DNA of 64,000 nucleotides from Candidatus Azotimanducaceae bacterium (GTDB lineage Bacteria; Pseudomonadota; Gammaproteobacteria; Pseudomonadales; Azotimanducaceae): NCBI GenBank assembly GCA_965205735.1, contig OZ242179.1, positions 483,162 to 547,161 of the forward strand, read 5' to 3'. Shown piece by piece: positions 54,986 to 64,000 of this stretch (position 1 is its first letter; each line of letters starts with the position of its first letter). The notes under the pieces were generated by a model. It saw only the letters and a program-made list of their open reading frames with translations, ran no database searches and was not told where the DNA came from. The position numbers and the translations under genes were made by a program.

Positions 54986-56467
54986 TTAACCCAAGGGGCG
55001 CCCGGCTGCCTCTGCGCGTTCCGCGATCAGGCCGGCGCTCTCTTCATCGAGTATGTGAATGATCGACTTGCTGACCGTATTGACGATCGAGTGCAGCAAC
55101 ACCGTGGGAATCGCCACGCACAGACCGAGCACCGTCGTCATCAGGGCGGTGGAGATACCGCCTGCCATGGTCTTCGGATCGCCCGTACCGAACAGTGTGA
55201 TGGCCTGGAACGTCAGGATCATCCCGATCACCGTACCCAGCAGGCCCAGCAACGGGGCCACCACGGAAATCACCTGTATCAGGGTGATGTTGCGTGTCAA
55301 TCTGGGGGTCTCGTTCAGTATTCCCTCCGCCAGCTTCAGATCCAGGGTGTCTACATCGATGTTCTTGTTCTCTTCGTAGACATTGAGTAGCCGTCCAAGC
55401 GGGTTGTCGTTGCTCAATGTGTCTGATCGCTTCTGCTGGTTGACCTTGCCGCGCACAAGGAACAGGACGACCAAGCGTTCCAATGCCAACAGCACACCAA
55501 GCAGGCCGCCCAGAATGATCACCGAGCCGACATATCCGCCCTGTCCGTCACAGAACGGGAGCCAGCACTCGCCCTTGGCGATACCTCCGAATGGCGATCC
55601 GACCCGCTCTCCAACCGTGGCTGCCTGAATCAAAAGGCTCAGCATCGATCCGCGGGACGGGTCGATTGCGAAGGGAACCACCTCGCCGGGGTCGGCCTCC
55701 GAAAGATCTTCGGCCGTATTCGAGAACCGCGCGGAGGGCTGACGCCCCAGCTCTACCAGTTCACCGGAATTGACGTCGTAGTTGATGTATTCCCCGTCGG
55801 CAACGACGTTGAAGGCCCCGACGCGAATGACTTCGGTGTCGACGCGTTCGCCGTTCAGTTTGTTGACCGTCGCGTTGAACCGGGAGATCTTGCCGGACTC
55901 GGTCATCTCGCGTTGCATCTCGAACCAGAGGTTCTCCATTTCCTGAATGGTCGCGAGTTGGGTCGAAGTCCCCATCTTGGCGGCGAATTCGCCCAACCAG
56001 TCACCCCGGCCCGGATATTCGACACTGATGACGGAACCCTCGAACTGCCCGCGAACGTCGCCGGAGACCTGCTGCAGCACGCCGAACAGCTCACGTAGCG
56101 AACCCAGGCGCTTGTCCAGTTGTTCCTGACGCTCGCCGATGAGAATCTCGTTCTCCTCGTACTTGGTTTCGAGACGCTCGCTGCGCTGCTCCTCGCGGCG
56201 CCGCTCGGCGCGCGCATTGTTCAGCATTCGCTGCTGCTCGTTCTTCTTCTCCAGGAACTCCCGTTCCCTTTGAACGTGTTCGCGGCTCTCGACAACGCGC
56301 CGCTCTTCGACGTTCTTCAATAGTTCGCCCAGGGTGTCCGCGGGAACCAGCTCAAGTGAAGCATCGGCCTCGGTGGCGCCCGTGGCCTCCTGCGCCGCAG
56401 CGCCGACCGCGCACATTACCGCTGCCGCAAGGCACCATCGCGCCGTCATCGAAACTTTCGCTGTCAT
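54986..56467 (-). CDS. large MotA/TolQ/ExbB-family protein (TtpC-like)
   Basis: 493 aa: signal peptide, a coiled-coil periplasmic domain, and a C-terminal ExbB-like channel (VAPLLGLLGTVIGMI). Confidence 0.8.
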   Translation of the reverse strand: MTAKVSMTARWCLAAAVMCAVGAAAQEATGATEADASLELVPADTLGELLKNVEERRVVESREHVQREREFLEKKNEQQRMLNNARAERRREEQRSERLETKYEENEILIGERQEQLDKRLGSLRELFGVLQQVSGDVRGQFEGSVISVEYPGRGDWLGEFAAKMGTSTQLATIQEMENLWFEMQREMTESGKISRFNATVNKLNGERVDTEVIRVGAFNVVADGEYINYDVNSGELVELGRQPSARFSNTAEDLSEADPGEVVPFAIDPSRGSMLSLLIQAATVGERVGSPFGGIAKGECWLPFCDGQGGYVGSVIILGGLLGVLLALERLVVLFLVRGKVNQQKRSDTLSNDNPLGRLLNVYEENKNIDVDTLDLKLAEGILNETPRLTRNITLIQVISVVAPLLGLLGTVIGMILTFQAITLFGTGDPKTMAGGISTALMTTVLGLCVAIPTVLLHSIVNTVSKSIIHILDEESAGLIAERAEAAGRPLG

Positions 56468-57246
56468 TATCGTGCCTCCGCCGCGTTGATGATGGGCAGG
56501 ACCAGTAGTCCCGGAGCGAGCTGCTGGCGGGCCATGCGAATGCCGTTGCGTACCGGGGCGGTGTACTCATCGCCCAACGGCTCCCAACCTTTGGTGGAGG
56601 CATTCCACATCCCCGTCTGCTCGCCGTCGCTCGTCTGGTAGACGAGCGCCACGCGCCCCATCTTCAATACGTCGACGATATAGCTCGTGCCATCGACGGT
56701 GATGGTGTCTCCGTACGCTTCCATGGTACGGCCGTATTCGTTCTCGATCTGGTACGCCTGCAGGACCTGGGAGAACTGCTCGGACACCGCGACGTCGGCC
56801 CGGTCCATGATGGTGCGGAGCCGTTCAACCCGACCGCGCCGTTCGTTCAGCAGGAAAGGCAGGTCAAGATCGACGAACCGTTCCAGGCCGTCGATCATGC
56901 GCAGCATCAGCGGCGTGACCTGGCGTTCGATCACGGTGACCCGGTCAATGGAGTCGGACAACTGCGCCAGGTCCTGCTCCTGGTTGGCGATCCGCCGCCC
57001 CAGTTGTCGGTTGTAAACCCGAAGCCCCTCGATTTCGTCGAGCACAAGCTTGTAGTCGATATACAGCTTGCGGGTTTCTTCCGTCAGGGCCTCGATCTTC
57101 CCCTGCGAAGTGCGCGCCTGCGTGTTGACGCGCTCGGCAACGGCGAAAATGTCGTCAAGCGTTGCGCCGCCGACAGTCACGCCGACGGCACAGCCGAGTC
57201 CAATTGCCGATACCGCCGCGCGTCTCAGAATACGATGTCTCTTCAT
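56467..57246 (-). CDS. DUF3450-family periplasmic protein (TtpB-like)
   Basis: Signal peptide MKRHRILRRAAVSAIGLGCAVG, coiled-coil. It is the first gene of the cluster, and its TAATG stop overlaps the next gene's start. Confidence 0.7.
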   Translation of the reverse strand: MKRHRILRRAAVSAIGLGCAVGVTVGGATLDDIFAVAERVNTQARTSQGKIEALTEETRKLYIDYKLVLDEIEGLRVYNRQLGRRIANQEQDLAQLSDSIDRVTVIERQVTPLMLRMIDGLERFVDLDLPFLLNERRGRVERLRTIMDRADVAVSEQFSQVLQAYQIENEYGRTMEAYGDTITVDGTSYIVDVLKMGRVALVYQTSDGEQTGMWNASTKGWEPLGDEYTAPVRNGIRMARQQLAPGLLVLPIINAAEAR

Positions 57247-57550
57247 TCCATTTCCTACGCGATGTCCGGTTGATTCATACCAAATGCCCGACACCGCTCC
57301 CGACGCGTCGGATTTGGCCCCTGACTTTCCCTTCGACAATCCCTCTAACCCCCTCGACGCCGCAGTCGCGTGTCAGCTCCGCCCGTACGCGCCCGAATTT
57401 TATAGAGCGACCCGTCTGCGTCGCCGCGCACGGTCGGCGGTCGAAGCATCACGAAACCCCGGTGGCATGTCAAGCAAGATATCACCTCGAGAAATGTCCG
57501 GGCCAGACCCATGTCACCGCAGGGAAGGCGCTTGAAAACCATTCCGGACG

Positions 57551-57590
57551 ATTCATCTTTTTGTCATATTTCATTGTCACATTGCTTCAT
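57551..57590 (+). promoter_or_regulatory. cluster of Pho-box-like TGTCA/TTCAT repeats upstream of phoB
   Basis: attcatctttttgtcatatttcattgtcacattgcttcat. The first pair is spaced 11 bp apart, as in CTGTCAT-N4-CTGTCAT. The later repeats are spaced 13 and 10 bp. The cluster lies 67-106 nt upstream of the phoB ATG. Confidence 0.45.
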
Positions 57591-57656
57591 ACTTATCGTC
57601 GCCCGCCCAACAAAGAGACCGCCCGACCAGGCCGGTAGCGTGCAGCAGAGGAGCGC

Positions 57657-58370
57657 ATGGTCGCCGATTGCATTCTGCTCGTCGAGGATGAGCCGGAAAT
57701 ACGGGAAATGCTTTCGTTCTCGCTCGTTCGAGCCGGATTCGATGTAGTCGAAACCGATAGCGCCGAGACAGCGCTGGAGCGGCTCCAGGGACCTCCGCCG
57801 AAGCTGCTCATCATCGATTGGAGACTGCCTGGAATGAGCGGCGTGGATCTGGTGCGCCGTCTGCGCCGGGATCCCCTGACTTCGGAACTGCCGTTGATAA
57901 TGCTCACCGCTCGCGGCGAGGAATCGGACAAGCTGACGGGTTTCGACGCCGGCATCGATGACTACGTGATCAAACCCTTCTCACCCAAGGAGTTGATCGC
58001 CCGCGTCAAGTCTCTGTTGCGTCGGGCCGGGAATTCGGCCGACGGCAAGATCACCGCGGGTCCGATTGAAGTGGATACCCGCGCCCACCGGGTGACGGTA
58101 GACGGGGCTCGCGTGCGCGTCGGGCCGCTCGAGTTTCGACTGTTGGAGCAACTGATGCGCTGGCCTGAGCGCACCTTCGATCGCGCGCAGCTTCTCGACC
58201 GCGTTTGGGGCCGAAACATCTTCGTCGAGGAACGCACCGTCGATGTGCACATTCTGCGGCTGAGAAAAGCGCTGGCGCCGTTTGGCGCTGATCGGTGCAT
58301 CGAGACAGTCCGAGGCATCGGGTATCGGTTTGCCGCCGAAGACTCCGACCGGGGAGCGCGTGGCGATTAA
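57657..58370 (+). CDS. phoB: phosphate regulon response regulator
   Basis: A receiver domain (LLVEDEPEIREML...DWRLPGMSG) plus an OmpR/PhoB winged helix, directly upstream of phoR-pstSCA. Confidence 0.9.
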   Translation: MVADCILLVEDEPEIREMLSFSLVRAGFDVVETDSAETALERLQGPPPKLLIIDWRLPGMSGVDLVRRLRRDPLTSELPLIMLTARGEESDKLTGFDAGIDDYVIKPFSPKELIARVKSLLRRAGNSADGKITAGPIEVDTRAHRVTVDGARVRVGPLEFRLLEQLMRWPERTFDRAQLLDRVWGRNIFVEERTVDVHILRLRKALAPFGADRCIETVRGIGYRFAAEDSDRGARGD

Positions 58371-59667
58371 TGACCGTTTGCGCCTGCTGGCGGTCGGCGC
58401 GATCACGGCTGTTGCCGCATTGGCGACCGACAGCATCGCGTGGGGTCTGGTCCTTGGGCTCAGCGTCGCAATCCTGTACGGCACGCTGCAATACCGGCAA
58501 TTCCTGCGTTGGTCCGAGCGCCCGCTGGCCCGGCCGGGAACACGGGACCGCGGATGGCGCGTTGCGGCATATCGCGTATACCGTACGATACGATCCGGCA
58601 GGGACCGGAGCCGCCAATTGCTGCGGTCGCTACGCGCCCTGCAGCGTACGGCCGAGGCGGTTCCGGACGGCTTGGCAATGGTTCGGCAATCCGGCGAGAT
58701 AGAAGATTTCAACCAGGCCGCGCGTCGGCTGTTGGGCCTGTCCTCCCACGACCGGGGACAGAACATCCTGACGCTCGTGCGCGACCCCGAGGCGGGCGGG
58801 CTGCTGCGGGGGAACGCCGACGGCGAAATCGTCGAAATCGCCGCACCGGCCGACAACACGCGCCGCCTTGAACTACGTCGCATCCCCATCGATGAAGACC
58901 GCACGCTCATCGTGGTGCGCGACATCACCGAATTGAATCGCGCGTTGACGATGCGACAGGACTTCGTTGCCAATGTGTCTCACGAATTGCGTACGCCGCT
59001 GACAGTGATCGTCGGCTATCTCGAGCAGTCGACCGACGCCGACTACGACATTCTGAAAACAATCCTGCCAAAGCTGGTCAGCCCCGTGCGGCGGATGCAG
59101 GCGCTGGTCGACGATCTGTTGACGCTTACAAGGCTTGAGTCGGGGGCTATGCCGAACGAGTCCGTGATCGAATGCGTCGACGTGTCCCACATACTGCACA
59201 TCATCGTGGCCGAGGCGCGCGGTTTGTCGGGCGGGGGGCATACGTTGACGCTGGAGTCGGAGAAGTGCCTGCGAATCAGGGGCGTACCTGACGAACTCTT
59301 TAGCGCATTCGCCAACCTGATCACAAATGCGGTCCGCTACAGCCCCGAAGGCGGCACCATCAACGTGCGCTGGTTCGACCGCGAGGACGGTCCACGCTTT
59401 GAAGTTCGGGACCAGGGCATGGGCATCGCGCCCGAGCACCTGGCGCGGCTCACGGAACGCTTCTATCGCATCGATCTCGCGCGGTCTCGGGTCAGGGGTG
59501 GCACTGGACTCGGACTGGCGATTGTCAAGCATGTACTACGACGTCACGGTTCCGTGCTGAGGCTCGAGAGCGAACTCGGCAAGGGCAGCCTCTTCTTCTG
59601 CGAGTTTCCAGCCGCAGCCCGGGAAGCTGAATACGAAGACCGCGGCATCGAACGATCAGTTCCATGA
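58360..59667 (+). CDS. phoR: phosphate regulon sensor histidine kinase
   Basis: Two N-terminal TM segments, a PAS domain, the H-box SHELRTPLT and an ATPase domain ([12 protein letters not shown]). The GTG at 58360 has GGGGAG upstream and the gene overlaps the phoB end. Confidence 0.85.
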   Translation: MAINDRLRLLAVGAITAVAALATDSIAWGLVLGLSVAILYGTLQYRQFLRWSERPLARPGTRDRGWRVAAYRVYRTIRSGRDRSRQLLRSLRALQRTAEAVPDGLAMVRQSGEIEDFNQAARRLLGLSSHDRGQNILTLVRDPEAGGLLRGNADGEIVEIAAPADNTRRLELRRIPIDEDRTLIVVRDITELNRALTMRQDFVANVSHELRTPLTVIVGYLEQSTDADYDILKTILPKLVSPVRRMQALVDDLLTLTRLESGAMPNESVIECVDVSHILHIIVAEARGLSGGGHTLTLESEKCLRIRGVPDELFSAFANLITNAVRYSPEGGTINVRWFDREDGPRFEVRDQGMGIAPEHLARLTERFYRIDLARSRVRGGTGLGLAIVKHVLRRHGSVLRLESELGKGSLFFCEFPAAAREAEYEDRGIERSVP

Positions 59668-60653
59668 ATCGGATGTTGCCGGCGCTCGGCGCGCCGACAT
59701 TGTTAGCCGCCCTGACATTGCTTGCCGTGGCCGCGCCCGCCGCCGAAGCCGCAGCGGGTTTGCCGGCCTATGAACGCGTTAGCGGGATTTCGGGCAATCT
59801 GTCGAGCACCGGATCCGACACGCTGGCCAATCTCACGACCCTATGGACCGAGGCATTCAAGAGGCATTACCCCAACGTCAACATTCAGGTCCAGGCCCCG
59901 GGTTCCTCCACCGCTCCGACCGCGCTGACGGAAGGCACTTCCAATCTCGGTCCAATGAGCCGCTTGATGAAGGACAAGGAGATCGAAGCATTCCAGACCC
60001 GGCGGGGCTACAAGCCGACCGCCGTCCGGGTTGCCGTCGATGCGCTGGCGGTGTACGTCCACAAGGACAACCCGATCAAGTCCATGTCGCTGTCGGAAGT
60101 CGACGCGGTTTTCTCCGTATCTCGCCGCTGCGGCGGCGACAAGGATATCCGCACCTGGGGCGACGCCGGTCTGACGGGCGCCTGGGCGATGCGACCGATG
60201 CAACTCTACGGGCGCAACTCCGTATCCGGCACCTACGGCTACTTCAAGCAAAAGGCGCTATGTTCCGGCGATTTCAAGAACACTGTCAACGAGCAGCCGG
60301 GCTCCGCGTCGGTTGTTCAGGCCATCACTTCGTCACTGAACGGCATTGGCTACTCGGGCATAGGCTACCGAACTTCCGGGGTGCGCGCGGTGCCTCTCGC
60401 GAGAATTGGCAACACAACGGCATTTGAAGCAGCCGCGCCGAATACCACAGATCGATCCTATCCCCTCACGCGGTTCCTGTTCATCTACGTAAACAAGCGA
60501 CCCGATTCGCCTCTGCGGCCGCTCGAAACGGAATTTCTCAAGTTCGTGCTATCCCGTGAAGGGCAGATGATCGTGCAGAAAGGCGGCTACATCCCGCTAT
60601 CCCCCCGCCTGGCAATGGGCGAACTGAAAAATCTCCGCGAGGGAGACAGGTGA
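59664..60653 (+). CDS. pstS: phosphate ABC transporter substrate-binding protein (PstS family)
   Basis: Signal peptide, then ...[36 protein letters not shown]... ATGA overlap with phoR. Confidence 0.85.
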   Translation: MNRMLPALGAPTLLAALTLLAVAAPAAEAAAGLPAYERVSGISGNLSSTGSDTLANLTTLWTEAFKRHYPNVNIQVQAPGSSTAPTALTEGTSNLGPMSRLMKDKEIEAFQTRRGYKPTAVRVAVDALAVYVHKDNPIKSMSLSEVDAVFSVSRRCGGDKDIRTWGDAGLTGAWAMRPMQLYGRNSVSGTYGYFKQKALCSGDFKNTVNEQPGSASVVQAITSSLNGIGYSGIGYRTSGVRAVPLARIGNTTAFEAAAPNTTDRSYPLTRFLFIYVNKRPDSPLRPLETEFLKFVLSREGQMIVQKGGYIPLSPRLAMGELKNLREGDR

Positions 60654-62953
60654 TCCCAGGCTTGCCCTGGCGGCGGCGAATCGTCGACAAGCTGACCGCA
60701 CGCGTGGTCGGTTTCGGGGGCGGCGCGATTATCGGCGCGATCACGCTCATCTTCTTTTACCTGCTGATGGTCGCGGCTCCGATCTTCCGCCCAGCGGACA
60801 TCAGCGAACTCGACGGTCTGCGTTTGCCCGCGAGCAACATTCTTGCCGCAGGCACCAACGACAGCGTCGAGTCGCTCTATGCAATCGACGCCGATGGCAC
60901 CATTTTCTTCGTAGATCCAGAAACCGGCATCCTCCGGCGTTCCGAACGTTTGACGCAGTATCCTCTCGCCGCCGTCCGGCTCGTATTTCCCAGCAACGAT
61001 ATCTATGCACTGGTTGGCGAGGATGGCAGGGCGACACTCGTTCGCGTCTGGTTCCGCAGGCGCTTCGACGGTGACATCGGCTATCTCGAAGATCGAGTAG
61101 ACCGATTGTTCGGCGGCAAACCACTGCCTCTCGGCGCAATTCTGACCGGGCAAGAACCCAGCCAACCTGCGATACACCACGAACCTGGGAGTTCCGCGGC
61201 CCGGCCCCCCTCGCCGACCATGGATCAACCGCTCCTGGTCGCTGACGCTCCCCCCGGGCGTTTGTTTCATGGACGACAATTCGACTTCTACCTTGAGGAG
61301 TCAGTGTTGCGCGTTGCGGTACTCGACGCTGCCGGCAGCATTCGGATTTGGCAATTCGAGCAGGTTGACGACGCGTTGGCGTTTCCGCGCAGGGTCGACA
61401 TACTGCCCGGGCGGAGCATTGACCGCCTCTACTTCGGCCCTCGAGGCAGTTGGCTCTATGCGACGAATTCCGAGGGCGCCGTGATCGTCTACGACATCGC
61501 CGTCCTGGACACGGCCGCCGAGACCTATTCCGGGCGCCTGATTCGCGATGGCGTCGAATTTTCCGTCATGACGCCTCTGTTGGGACGCTATTCGCTGATG
61601 GCGGCAGACAGCAGCGGAAATCTGACCCAGTGGATCCTGCGAGGCGGCTCGGGCGGCACAACCCTGGTTCCGGCGCGCAACTTCGAGTTTGGCGACGCCA
61701 TTGCGGCAGTCGTGGCGGAACAACGCCGCAAGGGCATGATGGTGCTGGATGCCCAAGGTGGAATGCATCTGCTGCACCCGACCTCCGAGCGCTACCTGGC
61801 TTCGTTTGCGACGGGACTGACAACACCGTCGGCGGCGGTGTTTTCGCCGCGTTCCGACCGGATATTCCTCGCGATGCCCGACGGCGGCCTGCGCCGCTAC
61901 GCGGTCACCAATCATCACCCGGAGATTTCCTGGTCAGCGCTGTGGCACAAGGTCTGGTACGAGGGCTATCCGGAGCCCGTTCATAGCTGGCAGAGTTCTT
62001 CCGCGGACAACGATTTCGAGCCAAAATTCTCGTTCTCTCCACTGCTCTTCGGCACGTTGAAGGCGGCCTTCTACGCGATGATCTTCGCGACGCCCATCGC
62101 TGTAATGGGGGCCGTCTACACCGGGTACTTCATGGCGGCACCGATGCGGCGCTGGGTCAAACCCGGAATAGAGATCATGGCGGCAATGCCCACGGTGATT
62201 CTGGGCTTCCTGGCGGGACTGTGGTTCGCCCCGCTTGTGGAACAAAACCTGTCGGCCGTGCTTTCGCTCTTCGTCGCCGCGCCCATCTGCATGCTGGTGT
62301 TCGCGTGGTTCTGGCATTTGTTGCCCAGCCGCGTGACGCGGCCATTCGACGGTTGGTTCGCCGCGCTCAGCATACCGGTCCTGGTCTTGTCGACATGGGC
62401 GGTGTTCGCAATCGACGGCGAGCTTGAACGCCTGTTGTTCGGCGGAGATGCGCAGGCGTGGTTTCTCGCCACACTCGGACTCGACTATGACCAGCGCAAT
62501 GCGCTGGTGGTCGGCATAGCCATGGGCCTGGCCGTCATCCCCGTCATCTTCGCCATTTCCGAAGACGCGATTCACGGCGTGCCGCGCCACCTGACCATCG
62601 GGTCCCTCGCGCTCGGCGCGACAGATTGGCAAACCCTGACGCGCGTCGTCATCCTGACCGCAAGCCCCGGTATCCTTTCGGCCCTGATGATCGGTCTCGG
62701 CCGAGCCGTCGGCGAAACCATGATCGTGCTCATGGCGACAGGCAATACGCCCCTGATGGATCTCAATATCTTCCAGGGGATGCGTACCTTCGCCGCCAAC
62801 ATCGCCGTGGAACTTCCGGAATCGGAGGTGGACAGCAGCCACTACCGCCTCCTGTTCCTTGCCGCGCTGGTGCTGTTCCTCATTACATTCTGCTTCAACA
62901 CCGGCGCCGAACTGGTTCGGCAACGGCTTAGAGCCCGATACGGCAACCTGTAA
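60650..62953 (+). CDS. pstC: phosphate ABC transporter permease, long form
   Basis: 767 aa: a large N-terminal periplasmic domain, then an ABC permease core (...[23 protein letters not shown]...). Confidence 0.8.
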   Translation: MIPGLPWRRRIVDKLTARVVGFGGGAIIGAITLIFFYLLMVAAPIFRPADISELDGLRLPASNILAAGTNDSVESLYAIDADGTIFFVDPETGILRRSERLTQYPLAAVRLVFPSNDIYALVGEDGRATLVRVWFRRRFDGDIGYLEDRVDRLFGGKPLPLGAILTGQEPSQPAIHHEPGSSAARPPSPTMDQPLLVADAPPGRLFHGRQFDFYLEESVLRVAVLDAAGSIRIWQFEQVDDALAFPRRVDILPGRSIDRLYFGPRGSWLYATNSEGAVIVYDIAVLDTAAETYSGRLIRDGVEFSVMTPLLGRYSLMAADSSGNLTQWILRGGSGGTTLVPARNFEFGDAIAAVVAEQRRKGMMVLDAQGGMHLLHPTSERYLASFATGLTTPSAAVFSPRSDRIFLAMPDGGLRRYAVTNHHPEISWSALWHKVWYEGYPEPVHSWQSSSADNDFEPKFSFSPLLFGTLKAAFYAMIFATPIAVMGAVYTGYFMAAPMRRWVKPGIEIMAAMPTVILGFLAGLWFAPLVEQNLSAVLSLFVAAPICMLVFAWFWHLLPSRVTRPFDGWFAALSIPVLVLSTWAVFAIDGELERLLFGGDAQAWFLATLGLDYDQRNALVVGIAMGLAVIPVIFAISEDAIHGVPRHLTIGSLALGATDWQTLTRVVILTASPGILSALMIGLGRAVGETMIVLMATGNTPLMDLNIFQGMRTFAANIAVELPESEVDSSHYRLLFLAALVLFLITFCFNTGAELVRQRLRARYGNL

Positions 62954-64000
62954 TGCCGTTGAAAAGCAGGATAAACAGTCCCGCGGGCGAGCGGACGAGC
63001 CTTCGACCAAAAGGAACCGCGAGAGAGGACCCCTCTAAAGAAAACTGGTGGGCGTCCGGAACCCCATGGATCTGGCTCAACGCCATGGCTGTCGGCGTCG
63101 GCGTCGCCGCAGTCGCGGGTTTGCTGGGCCTGATCGCCGCCCGCGGCCTGGCCCTTTTCTGGCCAGCCGATGTCGCCGTGCTGCAATTGGACGACGGCAC
63201 GACGATGATCGGCGAATTGGTCAATGTCGAATACACCGACCCCAGCAGTTTCGAACAGACAGGCGAATCGGGCACCGAGACGATTGAACGTTGGCTGGTA
63301 AAGACCGGCAACCGCCGCGTAAATGCCCCGGACTTTCACTGGGTACCTGCCGGGAGCGTCGTCGACAAGACTTTTCCACGCGACATTGCCGTGTTCGAGC
63401 GTGCCGAATGGGGCAATGCATACGGTCACATCTCCGCTGTCTACGAGAAGGACGCACTGGTCGCTACCGGAACACGGATTTGGGAGGAACTGCAGTCACG
63501 TCTCGGGCGTGTCGCCGCATTGCGTCAAGAGATGGCTGACACGCAGGCAATGACCATCGATACGGTCAACTACAAGCTCGAACGTTTGCGCCTCGAAAAG
63601 CGTCGGCGCGTCATTCAGGGGAACCTCGAAGCGCCCGACACCGCGGAGCGGGAGCGCCTGCTGAAGGCCACGTACCAGGAGGCCGAGACGCGGCTCCGGA
63701 CCCTCGCGGAAGCCATGCGGCGAGATGTCGTCGAAATTGTCATCATGGATGGCCGCAGCTTCAGGCAGCCATTGGGCGACGTGATACGCGTATGGCGACC
63801 AAACGCCATGTCGGTATACGACAAGCTGCTCCACTACGCCCGGAGCTTAAGCGTCTTCCTGACCGGCGAACCACGCGAAGCGAATACCGAGGGCGGTATT
63901 TTCCCGGCCATTTTTGGCACGGTCATGATGGTTCTTCTCATGGCTGTGATAGTGTCGCCGCTTGGTGTGATGGCCGCCGTATACCTGCGCGAATACGCTC
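62953..64000 (+). CDS. pstA: phosphate ABC transporter permease, long form (3' end outside the window)
   Basis: The ATG at 62953 overlaps the pstC stop (TAATG). The frame is open to the window edge and reads ...NWWASGTPWIWLNAMAVGV...EGGIFPAIFGTVMMVLLMAVIVSPLGVMAAVYLREYA. Confidence 0.8.
   Translation, partial: MPLKSRINSPAGERTSLRPKGTAREDPSKENWWASGTPWIWLNAMAVGVGVAAVAGLLGLIAARGLALFWPADVAVLQLDDGTTMIGELVNVEYTDPSSFEQTGESGTETIERWLVKTGNRRVNAPDFHWVPAGSVVDKTFPRDIAVFERAEWGNAYGHISAVYEKDALVATGTRIWEELQSRLGRVAALRQEMADTQAMTIDTVNYKLERLRLEKRRRVIQGNLEAPDTAERERLLKATYQEAETRLRTLAEAMRRDVVEIVIMDGRSFRQPLGDVIRVWRPNAMSVYDKLLHYARSLSVFLTGEPREANTEGGIFPAIFGTVMMVLLMAVIVSPLGVMAAVYLREYA

Noticed and set aside
1-64000. A scan for tRNA, rRNA, tmRNA, RNase P, SRP RNA, integrase or transposase genes that might mark island borders.
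   Set aside because: I found no cloverleaf-like or conserved RNA signature strings (for example GAGGAAAGTCC or GGTTCGAAT-type T-loops in context). No recombinase-like ORF was found by eye either. A tRNAscan/Infernal run would be needed to be certain.

Overview
This is a high-GC proteobacterial chromosomal segment whose gene content looks gammaproteobacterial. I found no rRNA, tRNA, CRISPR array or transposase/integrase gene.

Gene order, left to right:
- 3' end of an acyl-CoA dehydrogenase.
- A nine-gene type II secretion operon, gspEFGHIJKLM (minus strand, 797-8720). No gspC/D/N/O is in view.
- A ~13.4 kb RHS polymorphic-toxin island (about 8.8-21.8 kb).
- Nudix hydrolase, then a TonB-dependent receptor.
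- A tightly coupled four-gene operon: di-iron fatty-acid hydroxylase, GH3 amido-synthetase-like protein, enolase-superfamily (MLE-subgroup) enzyme, small membrane protein.
- Housekeeping genes: DUF1993, putA, pyrB, etfAB and ETF-QO, DUF1285, moaA, murF-like ligase, sppA, DUF1232, alanine/cation symporter, gor, larCBE, ribE.
- A Vibrio TonB2-type six-gene energy-transduction cluster.
- phoBR-pstSCA (pstA runs off the right edge).

The two most unusual regions:
1. **The RHS island.** It holds a 2193-codon main ORF that combines a Sec signal peptide, an FN3/Ig/cadherin-like stalk, an SpvB (TcB-like) domain and a YD-repeat shell. Its 3' end carries a class-3 lipase tip and is broken by at least five small frameshifts. 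A periplasmic ankyrin immunity gene follows, then an orphan rhs C-terminal cassette, a ParDE-type TA pair, and a second decayed rhs copy. The island lies between two partial copies of a REP-like element that together look like one split copy. It sits next to a T2SS, with no T6SS, PAAR, VgrG or TcA genes in view.
2. **The hydroxylase-GH3-racemase-like operon.** I cannot place it in any known pathway.

Several structured non-coding elements are also present: a two-hairpin REP-like family, a 407-bp element with 22-bp perfect terminal inverted repeats, and a 263-bp long palindrome.

All family calls come from motifs read in the ORF translations. No database search was possible.
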